Source: the human T2T-CHM13v2.0 reference genome, Homo sapiens. From it: 64,000 nt of DNA. Shown in pieces: positions 39,516-52,860 of this stretch; position 1 is the stretch's first letter; the number at the start of each line of letters is the position of its first letter. The stretch lies in NCBI RefSeq assembly GCF_009914755.1, contig NC_060928.1; one strand, given 5' to 3'. The notes under the pieces are model-generated. The model did not search any database, was not told the DNA's origin, and saw only the letters and a list, made by a program, of their open reading frames with translations. The position numbers were made by a program, and so were the translations under genes.

Positions 39516-42228
39516 AATTTGTTTTTATTCTGCACTTGTAAAATTCTCACAGCTGTGTTTCAACTGTATTACTAGATTTTAAAACTGGTCAGATTTTTCA
39601 GGTAAATATGGTACATATCCTACTTTATGCTGCAATTTCTGATATGTAAGGTGATTAAAGAAAAAAAGTGTATTGTATTATGCTAAACTCCCATCCCACG
39701 AAAGGGCACATTTATCAATTCTCTTATGCTCATCACACAACATAAGTGATATAAAAGAATAAAAAAAGATTCTGAACTTGAGTTCCTATGGGATTTGACT
39801 CAATTTGAGTTTGCCAGCAGTATACATTTGTAACAGTTAAGTGAGTAGAGAAGTAAGGGCAAAAAGGAGAACTGTAAAAAGGACCAGTTATTTTAAGCCT
39901 GTTAGAAAGCATGGAGATATAACTTGCAAAAAACTTTCCAAAATCTCTTAGCTGTGCAACTGAGATGTTCTCTTTGATTTAGTAAGAGAAATGGTCATCT
40001 TGTGCTGCATAGGGCCACTTGAGTCTCCTTGTAATGTACAAACAATTCTAAATAAAAAAGAAAAAAGTATAATGCATGCTGGGCAGGGGATGAAAAACTT
40101 TTTGGTCCTTTCTTAGTACAGTAGTGACATGAAACGTAATCAACTGCTGAAATAATAGACAAGGATAAATGTAATTTAAATTAGAAGGAATGTGCTTTCT
40201 GAGGGAGAAGAAATCAGCCCTAAAGTAGAATGAAAATGAAAACAAAATTTTAGGAGACACCAACATCCACCTTACCTTTCTTCCTCTTAAGTTGTGTCTG
40301 CTTTTGCATTTTTGTAACTTCTTGATTCCAACCCCCTTTTTTTTTCTATTACTGACAGAGTACAATGGAAGATGTTCTTCAAAGTCAGCATTTATCAATT
40401 GGTCTTAGCTTTGGGAATTAAGTGAATTTCTCACTTGGTTCAGTTGAAATTACCTACTGGGTGTAGTTAAAGTTCTAGATGAAATAACCTAAAGAAATCT
40501 GGACTCTAACTTAGAGTTATTAGGAAAAATTAAAACATACACACAATAAATAAGACTACTTCCATGTCTTACACATTTAATTTCAAATATATTGAAATAT
40601 TAAAAATTGTCCAGTGACATTGGCAAACTCTATCATACTCTCTTTTAAGAATCCAAGATAGAGGGAATCTAGTGACCCCAACGTCCAAGTTTATCATGGC
40701 TTTGAGCATCATTGAATAGATGTAGTGAAAGGAAGAATTAATATGTTTTATTTTTAAAGTTGATTAGTAAAATAAGATTCATCCCAGTTATACTATAAAT
40801 GTTTTCTTCTGATTATTTCTCCTCAGAATGTGCTGTACGTTCAGAATATAAAATGGACAAGGCCTAATGTCATCATTTTTAAAACTGATTTATTAACTAT
40901 AGGAAATAAGATTTCATTTGTATGCTTATTCAAACCATGAAGACTTTTGAAGACCTTTTTCTGGCAACTTTTCCTAGTTTTACCCTTTGTCTTGAGGTAT
41001 CACAGGGTATGCAGGACCCCGTGTATAGGATACCAACTTTTTTTTATAACTATCTTATTTCTGAATGTTTCTCTGATGAGATTAAAAATCAAGTCACTAA
41101 AAGAAAGAAAAACATTTGAGTATACATTGATGTCACTTCTCAGCGGAAAATAGAAATAAAGTGTATTGAAAATCATGTTTAATATACTTGTCTGCCATTT
41201 TACATATTTTGTTGCATGAAGTTTCAGAGAAGGAGATGTCTTTTGCTTTTTTTATCATTTGATACTTATAGTAGATATATATTCAAATGTAGACCAACTA
41301 TATTGATATTAAACATGAAACTCATAAGTCCTATTCTTGCTCTCAAATTCTCATGTAAAATGTAAATCTCCTGCTGATCTAACTGCCTACTTATTTCTGG
41401 GACTCTCTTAGTGTGTTTCACATATCTGATAACATTAACATGTCATATAGTTTACAGCACTTATGAGCACCTTCATGTGGTATCATTTTGCATGTGGTAT
41501 CACTTTGAGAAACTTTGTTGAAATTTCCTCATTGCCACTCTCCTATAACTACCAATGATGGCACCAACAAAAGGTGTGATCACCTTTTAGGTGCCAAATA
41601 CCTCAGTGCATTTTATTTTATTTTGTAAACTCACTCTTGTGGGAGAAAATGTTTTATGAATTCTTGGTAAGACTGCTCCTAATCCTGCCAAATGCATAGG
41701 GCAATATCTCAATCCTGTGGTAGACCAAATGCAGGTTCAAGTTTGAACCACTTGTCCAAGTGTGCAGTAGTGATATTGGAGAGAACAAGCCAACTATGAC
41801 TGGCTGAAATTCTTATTATAATTCCTGACTTTGTATTTATTCACTTTTCCCCAAGCTGTTGCCATGTTCTCTTTCATTCCACTTCTCTTTGAAATCCATA
41901 TTCCCTCTTCTTCTTTCCATATTCTTCTGAAGTCAAAACACTGAATTATCTCCTTTCCTTCAATATCCTCCAAGACAAAAATCAGCCTACAACTCTGTAA
42001 GACATAAGGAAGCAACACAGCTGTTTCTCACTCAAAATTTATTTCTCCATCTGAGATTTTTCAACTCAGAGTCACTTGTATTTTGGTGAGTTGTTAAGAG
42101 CTGATAAATTTCAAAGGCTATAAAGAATTACATCTTTGTACAGATATGTTCTTTTATTTTTACTGATTCACTTTCTGTCATGCTCAGGATGCTCTCCTTC
42201 TAAGTAGCTTAAGGGATATAAAGATGAC

Positions 42229-42609
42229 TGATATGGTTTGGATCTGTGTCCCCACCCAAATCTCATGTCTAATTGGAATCCTCAATGTTGGAGGAGGGGC
42301 CTAGTGTGAGGTGATTGGATCATCAGGGCAGACTTCTCCCTTGCTGTTCTCGTGATAGTGAGTTTTCATCAGAACTGGTTGTTTAAAAGTATGTAGCATC
42401 TGTCCCTTTGCTCTCTCTCTCCTGCCCCACCAGTGAAGATGTGTCTGCTTCCCCTTCACCTCCCACCATGATTGTAAGTTTCCTGAGGCCTGCACAGCAA
42501 TGTTTCCTGGACAGCCTGTGGAACTGTGAGTCAATTAAACCTCTTTTTTTTTAATAAATTGCCCAGTCTCAGATAGTTCCTTATGGCAATGTAAGAATGG
42601 ACTATTATA
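42229..42609 (+). mobile_element. MSTA MaLR solo LTR
   Basis: TGATATGGTTTGGATCTGTGTCCCCACCCAAATCTCATG...; 5-bp TSD ATGAC at 42224-42228 and 42610-42614. Confidence 0.93.
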
Positions 42610-42684
42610 ATGACTCAGGTATGAATTATATATTTTGTAATAATTAGACACTCAGAGACTATGAGAAATCAAGTGCACATAGTA

Positions 42685-43074
42685 CAAAGATCTGCCATCC
42701 ATAACCCAAAGGCCACCTTAGGGCTTAGCCATTTCTTTTTGTAAATAACATTTTATTGGAACACAGCCTCACCCATTTGTATACTCAGGGGAGGGACTAG
42801 GATGAAACACATAAAGCCCCAAGGCAAAAAATTTAAGGAGACATTCACTTTCAATAGCCTGCATTGAAATGATCCTGAAAATGAGTGCCTCTTTTAAGTT
42901 TTGTTTCCCAGGCATTCACATCACAGTCTAGCCCAGGCCCTTTGCTTGCATATTCTCTGTGGCTACTTTCATTCTACAACCTTAGAGTTTAGTAATTGTC
43001 ACAGAGACTGTGTGGCCTGCAAATCCTAAAATATTAACTCCATGACCATTTATGTAAACCTTTTGCCCACCCTG
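42685..43074 (+). mobile_element. MER58A (hAT-Charlie) split by a nested MITE
   Basis: TTTTGTAAATAACATTTTATTGGAACACAGCC...CAGAGACTGTGTGGCCTGCAAA...TTTGCCCACCCTG. Confidence 0.8.
42786..42942. mobile_element. MER96-like palindromic hAT MITE
   Basis: CAGGGGAGGGACTAGG...AAAATTTAAGGAGACATTCACT / GAGTGCCTCTTTTAAGTTTTG...CTAGCCCAGGCCC. Confidence 0.75.
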
Positions 43075-43297
43075 ATTTAGAGTCCAAAAGAGTTATAAAT
43101 TTGAGACCTCTGAACAAAAGAGGGACTATCATTAGTGATACCTTTATTTGGAGTTTCTCAGAATGTAGGGTGATACCCAATGAAAGAAAACAGGCGTGAA
43201 GATGAAACCGGTACACAAGCTTAGTAGAGCAATTCTGAGTAGACTGCAATGACTGGAACTCTAATCTGCCCCCTATGCAGCCACCTCTTTCTTTTCC

Positions 43298-43560
43298 TGC
43301 AGGCTCAGGAGTCAGACCACCTGGGTTCCAATCTTGGCATTGCCACTGGAAAAGAATGTGACCTGAAGTAAGCTGTTTCCCCTTCCTGAGATTCATTTTC
43401 TCCATTTATAAAAAGGGTCAGGGAGTGAAAATAATAGCGCCTGCCTCAAAGAATTTGGATTTGGAGTAAACAAGACAATTCATGGAAATAATTTAAAACA
43501 GTGTTTGGCACATGGTAAGATAGTAAGTTCTCAATAAGTATTAGCAATTAGTATTATCAT
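43298..43560 (+). mobile_element. MIR
   Basis: GGAGTCAGACCACCTGGGTTCCAATCTTGGC...TGTGACCT...GGCACATGGTAAG. Confidence 0.85.
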
Positions 43561-44789
43561 ATGAGGCTGTGAGAGTTAGGTGACTATCAGAAAAAAAAAA
43601 TTGAAGCAACAGTTTTACTAAATTTTGCAATACATCAGGGAAATATATTGTTATATTATGACTGCCCTTCCTATAATTTGTGATAAAAAGAAAAAAGTCA
43701 CCATGCCTTGTTTACTACAGATAGCTGTGCCTCTTTGATACCACAAGGACTCAGGAATGAGGACTCCAAAAGTATTTTGGAGGTATTCAGGGAGAAAGTT
43801 GAGGCCCAACAACATTCATATTGGGGAAACATGCCAATTAAGCCTGAGTCCATCGATTTCATATGGCCTCATTCCTAACAAAGGTTGTGAGGATCTGTGG
43901 AATTCTGGTTGCAAACATTTTTACATAATTTTTAGAGCGTGATAGTGAAAGGAATTGAGAGATTCATGGACATAATACTATAAGAATTTAGATAAGGGAA
44001 AGATTACTTTCATCTGGGCATTAGGACATCAGGAAAGACAGAATGACCAGATTATATAATCAGGGTTTAGAAGGATACATAATTCACACATCAAACTGAC
44101 CTGAACATTTAAAGGAGACAAGAGAAAGCTTGAAAATCTTATGAGGAACACAATTTAGGACACCAAACAGTCCTATAGGAATAAACTATTTCACATGGAG
44201 TAACTAATTTTTAACATTTTATTCCTTTAGACCACATGAAAAGACAAATGAATCAATAAATGTCCTCATGTCATATCCTGCATAGTTCTGTTTGCCCTGA
44301 TTGACATTAAAATATCATCTGCTCAATGGATTCTGTCTTTATCCTGACTGCTTTATACTGGTCCTGTTAATCTCTTAAACCTATTTCATTATTCATATCA
44401 CTAAAGGGTCAAGCATATGTGCTACTCCTACAGTCTAATTACATTTTAATTCTTTTTTGGGATTTTTCCATTCCTCTTTTGTTACAATGAACTGATGTTT
44501 GAGGCAGTTTAGAAATATATTTGTAGTTTATAATGTAAAAGCAGCTCACAATGCAGCCTATGGATTCTTTGAGTGGACACAATATGCGTTATATGAATAA
44601 AATGACTTAAAATGTTGTTATTTTGTTGTATCCATTAACTTCTCAGTTTTATGCTGAAAAATATTTGATTACATAATTCTATGCACTCCTATTTGAAGGA
44701 AGGTGTTCAAGTCAACTGAAAATACCTCCAATTTGGAATTAGCAAGATCTTCCAATGATCACAAAAAGTATTTTGATAAAAAATAATGG

Positions 44790-45015
44790 TAATATTTTAC
44801 ATAAATTTGAGGGCTTACAATGTACTACACATTGTTCAAAATAATTTGTACATATTAATTGAGGTAGTCAACAAAACAACTCTTGTAACTGGTGCTATGT
44901 TGTCATTCCTAAACTCGTGGTGACTGAAACATAGCTCAAGAAACTTCTACAATGGCATGAAGCCAGTAAATTGCAGAGTTGGCATTAGATAAACTGTGTT
45001 ATAGCCCAAGATCCA
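44790..45015 (-). mobile_element. MIR
   Basis: GAGGGCTTACAATGT...ACTGAAACATAG...CCAGTAAATTGCAGAGTTGG. Confidence 0.55.
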
Positions 45016-45536
45016 TGGGTTTATTCAATGCTAGTCACACAATAAAATATATTTAAAATGCTATAAAATATTGCTTTGGCCTGCATTTGAGGAGCTACAC
45101 GCTGATTTCCTAGAACGATCTTCATATTTATTTTGGAACAATCAGTTAAAAAAAAATAAAAAAGAATCTGTTTGGGCCACATATGCCAGAGGCTAAAGGA
45201 ATTGCTGTCCTCTGTTCTGTTCCTGTCCACCTCAGCACTTTTGATCTCTGGGGCATGCTGTTGGTCTTAACCATAAATTGAAAATGAGAGGCAGAATAAT
45301 TAAAGAGCAAACTGTAATTATGACCAAGATCTAAAGAGAGAAAAACTAACATTGAGTATCGGCCTTCAATTTCCTATTAGTGCATTTAAGATTAGCTATA
45401 AACAGCCTTGTTAAACTCAATTAAATAGTTCATCAGGAGGATTTTTCTTATTAGTACAGGCTGAGTGATGTGACTTTTAGAACCATGTTGCTGGTTATGC
45501 ATGAGCATTTTTCAACATTGATTTTGTACTCTAAGA

Positions 45537-45577
45537 TTTTATTATTGTTATTGTTATTATTATTATTTTATTTATTA
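45537..45577. repeat. (TTA)n microsatellite
   Basis: seen directly. Confidence 0.8.
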
Positions 45578-48097
45578 CAGTGCCATTTAAGAGCCTTTCT
45601 TGAAAGATACTGTTTGGCATGCAAAAGCTTTGATGCTCTTCTTAGAAATGTCCTCTGCTCCAATGATAAGCAGACATAATTTAAAAACATTTTAAAACAT
45701 GGGAAAGAGGAGTTTCCCAAATATCATCATATAGTTTGGTTGAAAGTGTAACAAAATACAGAGATGCTCAACAGAAATATAATTCACAGCCAGATGGTGA
45801 TGATTTGTCAGAATATCTATTGCTTTGTATTAATCACAACACCGGCACCTTTTGTACGTTCAGTGAATATTTGAGAGTAATATAGTGCCAAATCTGTATA
45901 GTATCTGTTTTTCTTTCTTTTTTTTCCACCCCCTGGTAATAAGATTATTTCCACTAAGTTTTTTCCCCACTTATTTTAGTTGTTATAAAATTGGAAGTAG
46001 CTATTTTTCAACATCTGTTGAAACAGATTGAGAGGCATTTTGGCAAATGTGTTATCACATGTTACTATGAAATAGTATTTCAAATCATTTTGAATGGAAA
46101 TTAAATTTGGAATTTCCAGACTGATGTATGCTACATCTGTAGACTCTACAGATCTAGTCTAGAATCTGCAACCTAGACTAGATTGTCGGTGAAAATTTAT
46201 GTTAAATATTTTTCTGATACTGCTAATATTTTCTATTCCATTTTTATTTGTACAATTAATAGATAATACTATACATCAGCTGTTGTTTCAAGTTTTTGAA
46301 AATATTTCTCAATCATTATGTTTCCAGTGGAATAAAATAAAATAAGTCTTTCATATAGTGTACTTATATGGGATTTCATTACATAGAAGTATTCATTAGA
46401 TACTTGAAACTCATATAGGAAGTTAAAGCGATGTTTTTATACCCCAATGGAAATAAATGAAGAGATTGCAATGACCACTGTGACAAATTCTAGACATCCT
46501 TCCAACTTTACACATTCTAACTTAATAGGGTCAAATTACTCTATTTTTTGTATTATTGGTAATTCTAATTATCTGTCTGCATTTTTAAAGACTTACTAAA
46601 TTTTAATTTAATGATCATATAAGCCACCATATACTAAAACTATGTGTCAATTACAAAGCCAAAGATAATGCTTAAAAAAAAAAAAGCACTGGTAAACAAT
46701 GTATTCTTGTTGACTAAATATTTATAGTAATTCAATTTGTTTCTTCAGTAATATAGAAATTTAAGCATTCTATAATCAATTCCATTACTTTAGAAAACCC
46801 AATAATATGAAACAGAAAAATCTCTAACTTGACTAAGTGATCTTAAATGGCCTTTTTGCAAAGAGGGGGAGCACTGTTAGCCCCCGATTTTGTTAATTTA
46901 CAATTTTCTGCTTTATTTGTGCATGCTAGATTTTTCTCTATGCTAAAATGCTCAACCTATCAAATACCCCCTACTTTTATTTAAAGTGCATAATTTTATT
47001 ACTATCTAAGCAAATGGAATTTAGTATAAAGGTTGGATGTTTTTAACTGATTATTTTACTGCAGAAAATAGGGCCTTATCTAAACTTCAGCTCACTCAGG
47101 ACACATTTGTGATTAAAAACCACTGTAATTAGAAATTCAAGTACAAAGCAAATGGAGTAATCAGAAAACTATTTCGGTCTTTGTAGATTTTCTTATGTAT
47201 CTAAATACTGTGTTTCACAGTATATTTTGGAGTTTTTAAAGATATTTGAATTAAGTAGTTATAGCTTTCCCAGGAAATACTCATTTAGAGCAATAACTTT
47301 AAGGCTTATGATACATAATAATAGGCAAATTACTGTACTTTACTTATTAGCTCTGAACTGATTCTCTTTCAAAAAGAATGAATTATTACTAAAAATAATC
47401 AAGTTATTACTAAAAGTTGGATATTATTTGCATATTTCTGCAGTTGGAGTTAGTAACTAAAATGAACTTTTGAATGAATATTTGTAATAAATTGGTTATA
47501 AAGAATAGTGTGGGAATTTGTAAGAGAAAAAAAGTTTTCTCAGTCTTATTTTAATTTTCTTGAATCTTTCTTTAAAATTTAAATTACGGTTTGTATTTTC
47601 TATTCCTTGCACTAGGCCAGAAGTAATTAATTTCCAAAGCCATAAATTAGTGCCACTCATAACTTTCCAATTAGGAAATGGGAGGAAGTACATGTTTTCA
47701 TTTTTTTCCAGGGGTCACAAAAATTCTAATGTGGGTGAATTTCAAAATTCTAAACTTTGTCTGTAGCTACACTTTAGTGTGGTATAGTTGTTAATAAAGT
47801 TTTAGTAGAAAAATAAATTATTTTTCTAAAAATTATATTATTTTTATACTCTCATGACCACAAGCCCTATGTTGATTGTTTAAAAAAAAAGAAACAAGGA
47901 TAGCAGTATCTTAGCAAACAGACTCAATCACACTTTTACTTACCTGTTTTAAAGCCAAATAATTGGCTATTAAAATGGTTGTTTTCCCACTTGGAATAAA
48001 CAGAAACTTGCCTCATTAGTAAGTGGTTTCTTATTCGTTTTGGTAGAGACTTGAGTGCTTTGGAAAATTCAACATAATAAAATTGAGGGTCTATTAA

Positions 48098-49390
48098 TAA
48101 TGGCAGTGACAGCCCATGTAAAGCAGCCCCTGTGAAGAAGCCAGCTGCAGCAGGGGAGGTGTGGCCAGGGTTGCCCGCTCCACAGGTCCAGCGGGAGCCA
48201 GGAACAGGTGGGAGCCCTGCCCCTACCGAGTTGGCTGGGTGAGAGCCCGGTGCTCCTGGGCACAGCTGCAGCCATTCAGCCACAGCTGTGGACCTAGGCA
48301 TCCGTCCACTCTAGGGGGCCCGAGAAGCCACTGCTCCCTCAAGCTAAGAAGTGCTTGCTCCTTATCCCTGGCCTCTGCCCACTCCTGGTGCCTGCTGTAG
48401 TGTGGAGCAAAGTTGAGGCCGAGACTGCACACTGTCACGACCTGGCCGGGTGTGTGTGCACCCAAGGCGATGCTAACACACCAACCTCTTGCCACTTCAG
48501 CCCCCTCCAGATTTTGGGTGCTTTATTAGTCTATTTTCATGCTCCTAGGTAGAAATACCTATAACTGAGTAATTTATAAAGAAAAAAGGTTTAATTGATT
48601 CACAGTTCCACATGGCTGTGGGAGCCTCAGGAAACTTGCAATCATGGAAGAAGACACCTCTTCACAGGGTGGCAGGAGAGAGAATGAGAGCCGAGCAAAG
48701 GGAGAAAGCCGTTATGAAACCATCATCCCCATGATTCAATTACTTCCCACAGGTATCTCCCATGACAAGTGCGGATTATGGGAACTACAATTCAAGATGA
48801 GATTTGTGTAAGGATACAGCCAAACCACATCAGGTGCTCACGTGCATGAGAGGGAGGCAGGGGATGCTGACAGCACCTCAGAGTGGGCCTGCAGGCATCC
48901 CTCCGCAGGAACAGCCTGGGTGCCATGGACAGCACGTTGATGGTGGGAGGCAGACAGGCTCCTGGGTGGAAAGGGGCAAGTCCCTGGTGAAACCCCACCT
49001 TCCAACCAGGGCCGGCCTGAAGCCTGGGAACCAGGTTGCCATGCCAGTTCAGAGTGGAGTCTGTGGCCTGGAGAACCTATGGTGATTTTTCTGGGCCTGC
49101 TCATTGCCCACCATTGAACCAATCAGCACACATGTCCTCTCTTCTGAGCCCATAAAAACCCTGGACTCAGCCAGACTCACACAGACATCAGGACTACCAG
49201 CTGCGGGAAGGAGCTAGCCATCTCAGGTCTCCTTGAATCATCCAGATGACCTGCCTGTGGAAAGGAGCTACCCATCACAGGTCTACTTCCTGATGAGAAC
49301 TGGACATTCTTGGGATGACTTGCCTGCAGAAAGGAGCGACATATTTTGGGTCTCCTGAGAGCTGTTCTGTTGCTCAATGAAGCTCCTTCA
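48098..49390 (+). mobile_element. MER52A-like ERV1 LTR, 3'-truncated, with nested THE1
   Basis: TAATGGCAGTG...CAGCTGCAGCAGGGGAGG...GGGAGCCCTGCCC; CCCATAAAAACCCTGGACTCAGCCAGAC; repeated GGAGCTACCC units. Confidence 0.85.
48522..48832 (-). mobile_element. THE1 (C/D-like) solo LTR nested in MER52A
   Basis: TATTAGTC...AATTTATAAAGAAAAAAGGTTTAATTGA...CAGCCAAACCACATCA; TSD GGTGC at 48517-48521 and 48833-48837. Confidence 0.9.
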
Positions 49391-49456
49391 TTGCAGTGAG
49401 CTGAGATCGCACCACTACACTCCAGCCTGGGCAACAGAGCGAGACTCTGTCTCAAA

Positions 49457-49489
<33 letters not shown>

Positions 49490-49500
49490 GAAAAGAAAAA
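49391..49500 (+). mobile_element. Alu 3' fragment with A/(GAAAA)n tail
   Basis: TTGCAGTGAGCTGAGATCGCACCACTACACTCCAGCCTGGGC. Confidence 0.92.
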
Positions 49501-49826
49501 TAGTTAGCTGAAAGTTTACTAACTGGGTTAGTGGTCCTGATGGAATTTAGATGAGAATATCTACAATTATAGCTCAAAATGGAGAACTGAACCTGATAGG
49601 AGAGAGAGCAACAATATAATTTCAGATGTTACCATTCAGAAATTCTTTCTCTAGGAGTCTTATTTGATTCATGAACAGAAAATGGAGAGGAAGTCAGCTT
49701 TTGTGGCTCATGCTACCTTCAGCTTTTAGAGAGAATTTCTATTTTGTAAACCATTTTAGAAATCAATGAATTGATCACTATTTTATCGCATAGAGAAACT
49801 GAGAATGGTGTGAAAATATGGGAGAA

Positions 49827-50127
<301 letters not shown>

Positions 50128-50197
50128 GCCAGAGGGGAAAAAAAAATTTTTGCTAACTCACTCAAATACCCTGAGAATGCTGAGAATGCAAGCAAAA

Positions 50198-50544
50198 TCC
50201 TTTGTAGAGACATGGATGAAGCTGGAAACCATCATTCTCAGCAAACTATCACAAGGACAAAAAACCAGACACCGCATGTTCTCACTCATAGGTGGGAATT
50301 GAACAAGGAGAACACATGGACACAGGAAGGGGAACATCACACACCCGGGCCTGTTGTGCAGTGGGGGGAGGGGGGAGGGATAGCATTAGGAGATATACCT
50401 AATGTTAAATGACAAGTTAAAGGGTGCAGCACACCAACATGGCACATGTATACACATGTAACAAACCTGCACGTTGTGCACATGTACCCTAAAACTTAAA
50501 GTATAATAAATAAATAAATAAATAAATGTGCCCCCCCAAAAAAA
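50198..50544 (+). mobile_element. L1PA4/5-like 3' end, 5'-truncated
   Basis: L1 3'UTR with G-tract; 15-bp TSD AGAATGCAAGCAAAA at 50183-50197 and 50545-50559. Confidence 0.95.
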
Positions 50545-51269
50545 AGAATGCAAGCAAAAGGAAAACTGCACTTTAAAAAAAGAAAGAAAGAAAGAAAATT
50601 TGAGAGAACATAAATGCCACATACATTGTAAATTAAAGTGTAAAGCTTCACAGTTTTATTTTAAAATGACAAAGCTAAAAGTTCCATAGCGCTGTTAATT
50701 AATGGTGAAAGTTCAATGGGACATATTATCTTGAATCAAAAGCCATATCTAACTTGTAAGAATCAGTTTATGAAACTGCTAAATTTACATACTGGCCAAG
50801 AAGCTGGTATTTAATAAATTTAGGAAATATAGACGGCTAATAAAAAATTTACATTTTTCTTTTATTGAAAACTCCTTATCTTGGTACTCTTAATTAACTC
50901 AGACAACATTTTCCTCTAGCATTAGCTCTACCCTCTCTTATCTGATATTTATTATTCATAGTTTTGGTCTCGACTTGTGGATAATTTTGGTCTGAGTCCT
51001 AATTCTTAAGTGTTCCTTAATCATTTCATTTTTCCTCTTATTAGCTGTTGCTTTACATAAGAGACCATTGAGTGCCAATTCATTTTGAACAGAAAGGTCA
51101 ATTTTGTCTAAAAATAACAAACTTTGTCTTGTTTCATTTTCTGGTAAGAAGAATGAAGAGCTAAAATTATCATTGTGAGATAATACATATGTCTTCCAGG
51201 AATTTCTCTGGCTCCCAGACAGAATCATTTTGGAGATTATATGGCAGTTATGAAAGTCAGTATGCGCTT

Positions 51270-51710
51270 TGCTGTGAACTTAATTGCGCCACCCCCCACG
51301 CCCATTCCTATATTGAAGCTGTAACCCCTCATGTGACAATATATGGAAACATTTTAGAAGGTGATTAAGGTTAAATGAGGTCATGGTGTGGGGGTCCTAA
51401 TCCACTAGGATTGGTGGCCTTATAAGAGGAGGAAGCCCTCTCTCTCTCTTCCTCTCTCTTTCTGTCTTTTTCTCTCTCTTATCTCTCCCTATCTGCCTCT
51501 CTCTCTCTCTGTGTGCTCAGACACCAAGGAAAGACCATATGAGCACACAGCAAGAAGGTGGCTGTCTGAAAATCAGGAAGAGGAACTTCACCAGAACATG
51601 ACTCCATCAGCACCTTTATCTTGCACTTCCACCCTTCATAACTGTGAGAAATAAATTTCTGTTGTTTAAGCCACACTGTCTATGGTGTTTTGTTGTTGTA
51701 GCCTGAGTAT
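51270..51710 (+). mobile_element. MLT1A-type MaLR LTR
   Basis: ATTAAGGTTAAATGAGGTCAT...CCTTATAAGAGG...ACTGTGAGAAATAAATTTCTGTTGTTTAAGCCAC. Confidence 0.88.
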
Positions 51711-52721
51711 ATTGGAGCTTATTTTCAAATCATTGAAACAGATGAGACCAAATATAATATTTTTTACAAAACCTCATGTTTAATTATTTTCTCCTTTTCA
51801 AATGGAAACCTAAATCCTTCTTTATACCAGCACCAAGACCCTGGAAGCTAAAAATTGGTGCTGGGTTCCTCACTCTGATATTATATTTACTAGTTTTGTG
51901 ATTTAAACAATTTAGTTAATTTATCTGAATTTGTAAGATGTGTTATTATTAACACCAATTGAGAAAAGAAAAACTTTGGATTGTCTATATAATCTTTATA
52001 ACTCTTGGTCATAATTTTTGATTGTCATATGCATTTAAAAATTTATTGTGGCAACCTTATGTGGTAGTGAATGGAAAAATCCCGAAAGTATAGAAATCTC
52101 ATTTCAGTTTTGCAAGTTAACATTCTCTCGCATGTGAAATAATGCTGAAGGTGCAAAATCAGCACTGGAAAGTGTGTAAACCAAATTATATGAGCAAGAA
52201 TATTAGAAAATTAGTGTGCAACATTAGGGGTTTTAATTTAATATCAGAACTGAAAAATTATGGGGAAGAATGTAAAGAGACAGGCGTAGTAATCACTTTA
52301 AAGTTGATTATGGGTGATGTTTGACCCTATATTCCTTACATTATTTTTAAAAATCAAACTCATTATCTACAGATATTAAACTTAAAAGTCAAAATTAGTT
52401 GGTTCTGAAGCTTAAAAATTCCAATGCTAGAATTCATAATGTTATAGAAAATTATAATAAACTCATCTTAGAGATCTTATTATCTTCATTTTCTATATAA
52501 GGAAACCGACAACTAGAAAAAATGAATTACTTTTGTAAGACAGTGTGGACCATATTTTCTGTTTCTTAGTTTTAAATAATGAGCCTGTATACTATATGTC
52601 TCCTTATGTGGAAAATAGAAATATGAATCCCATCCCCCTCAAAAAAGACTATTTTGACAGGTAGTTTGTGAAAATTTTACATTTTAAATAACATGTTATT
52701 TAATTCATAATATAGGATGTG

Positions 52722-52860
52722 AGGACAGGCATGATGGTGTGTGCCTGTATTCCCACCAACTCAAAAGGCTGACATGGGAGGATCACTAGAGCCCAGGAGT
52801 TTGAGGCCCACATGGGCAACTTAGCAAAAACCTGTCTCTAAAAATCAAAACAGAGAAACA
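52722..52860 (+). mobile_element. FLAM_A-like Alu monomer
   Basis: GGGAGGATCACTAGAGCCCAGGAGTTTGAGG...CCTGTCTCTAAAAA. Confidence 0.85.
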
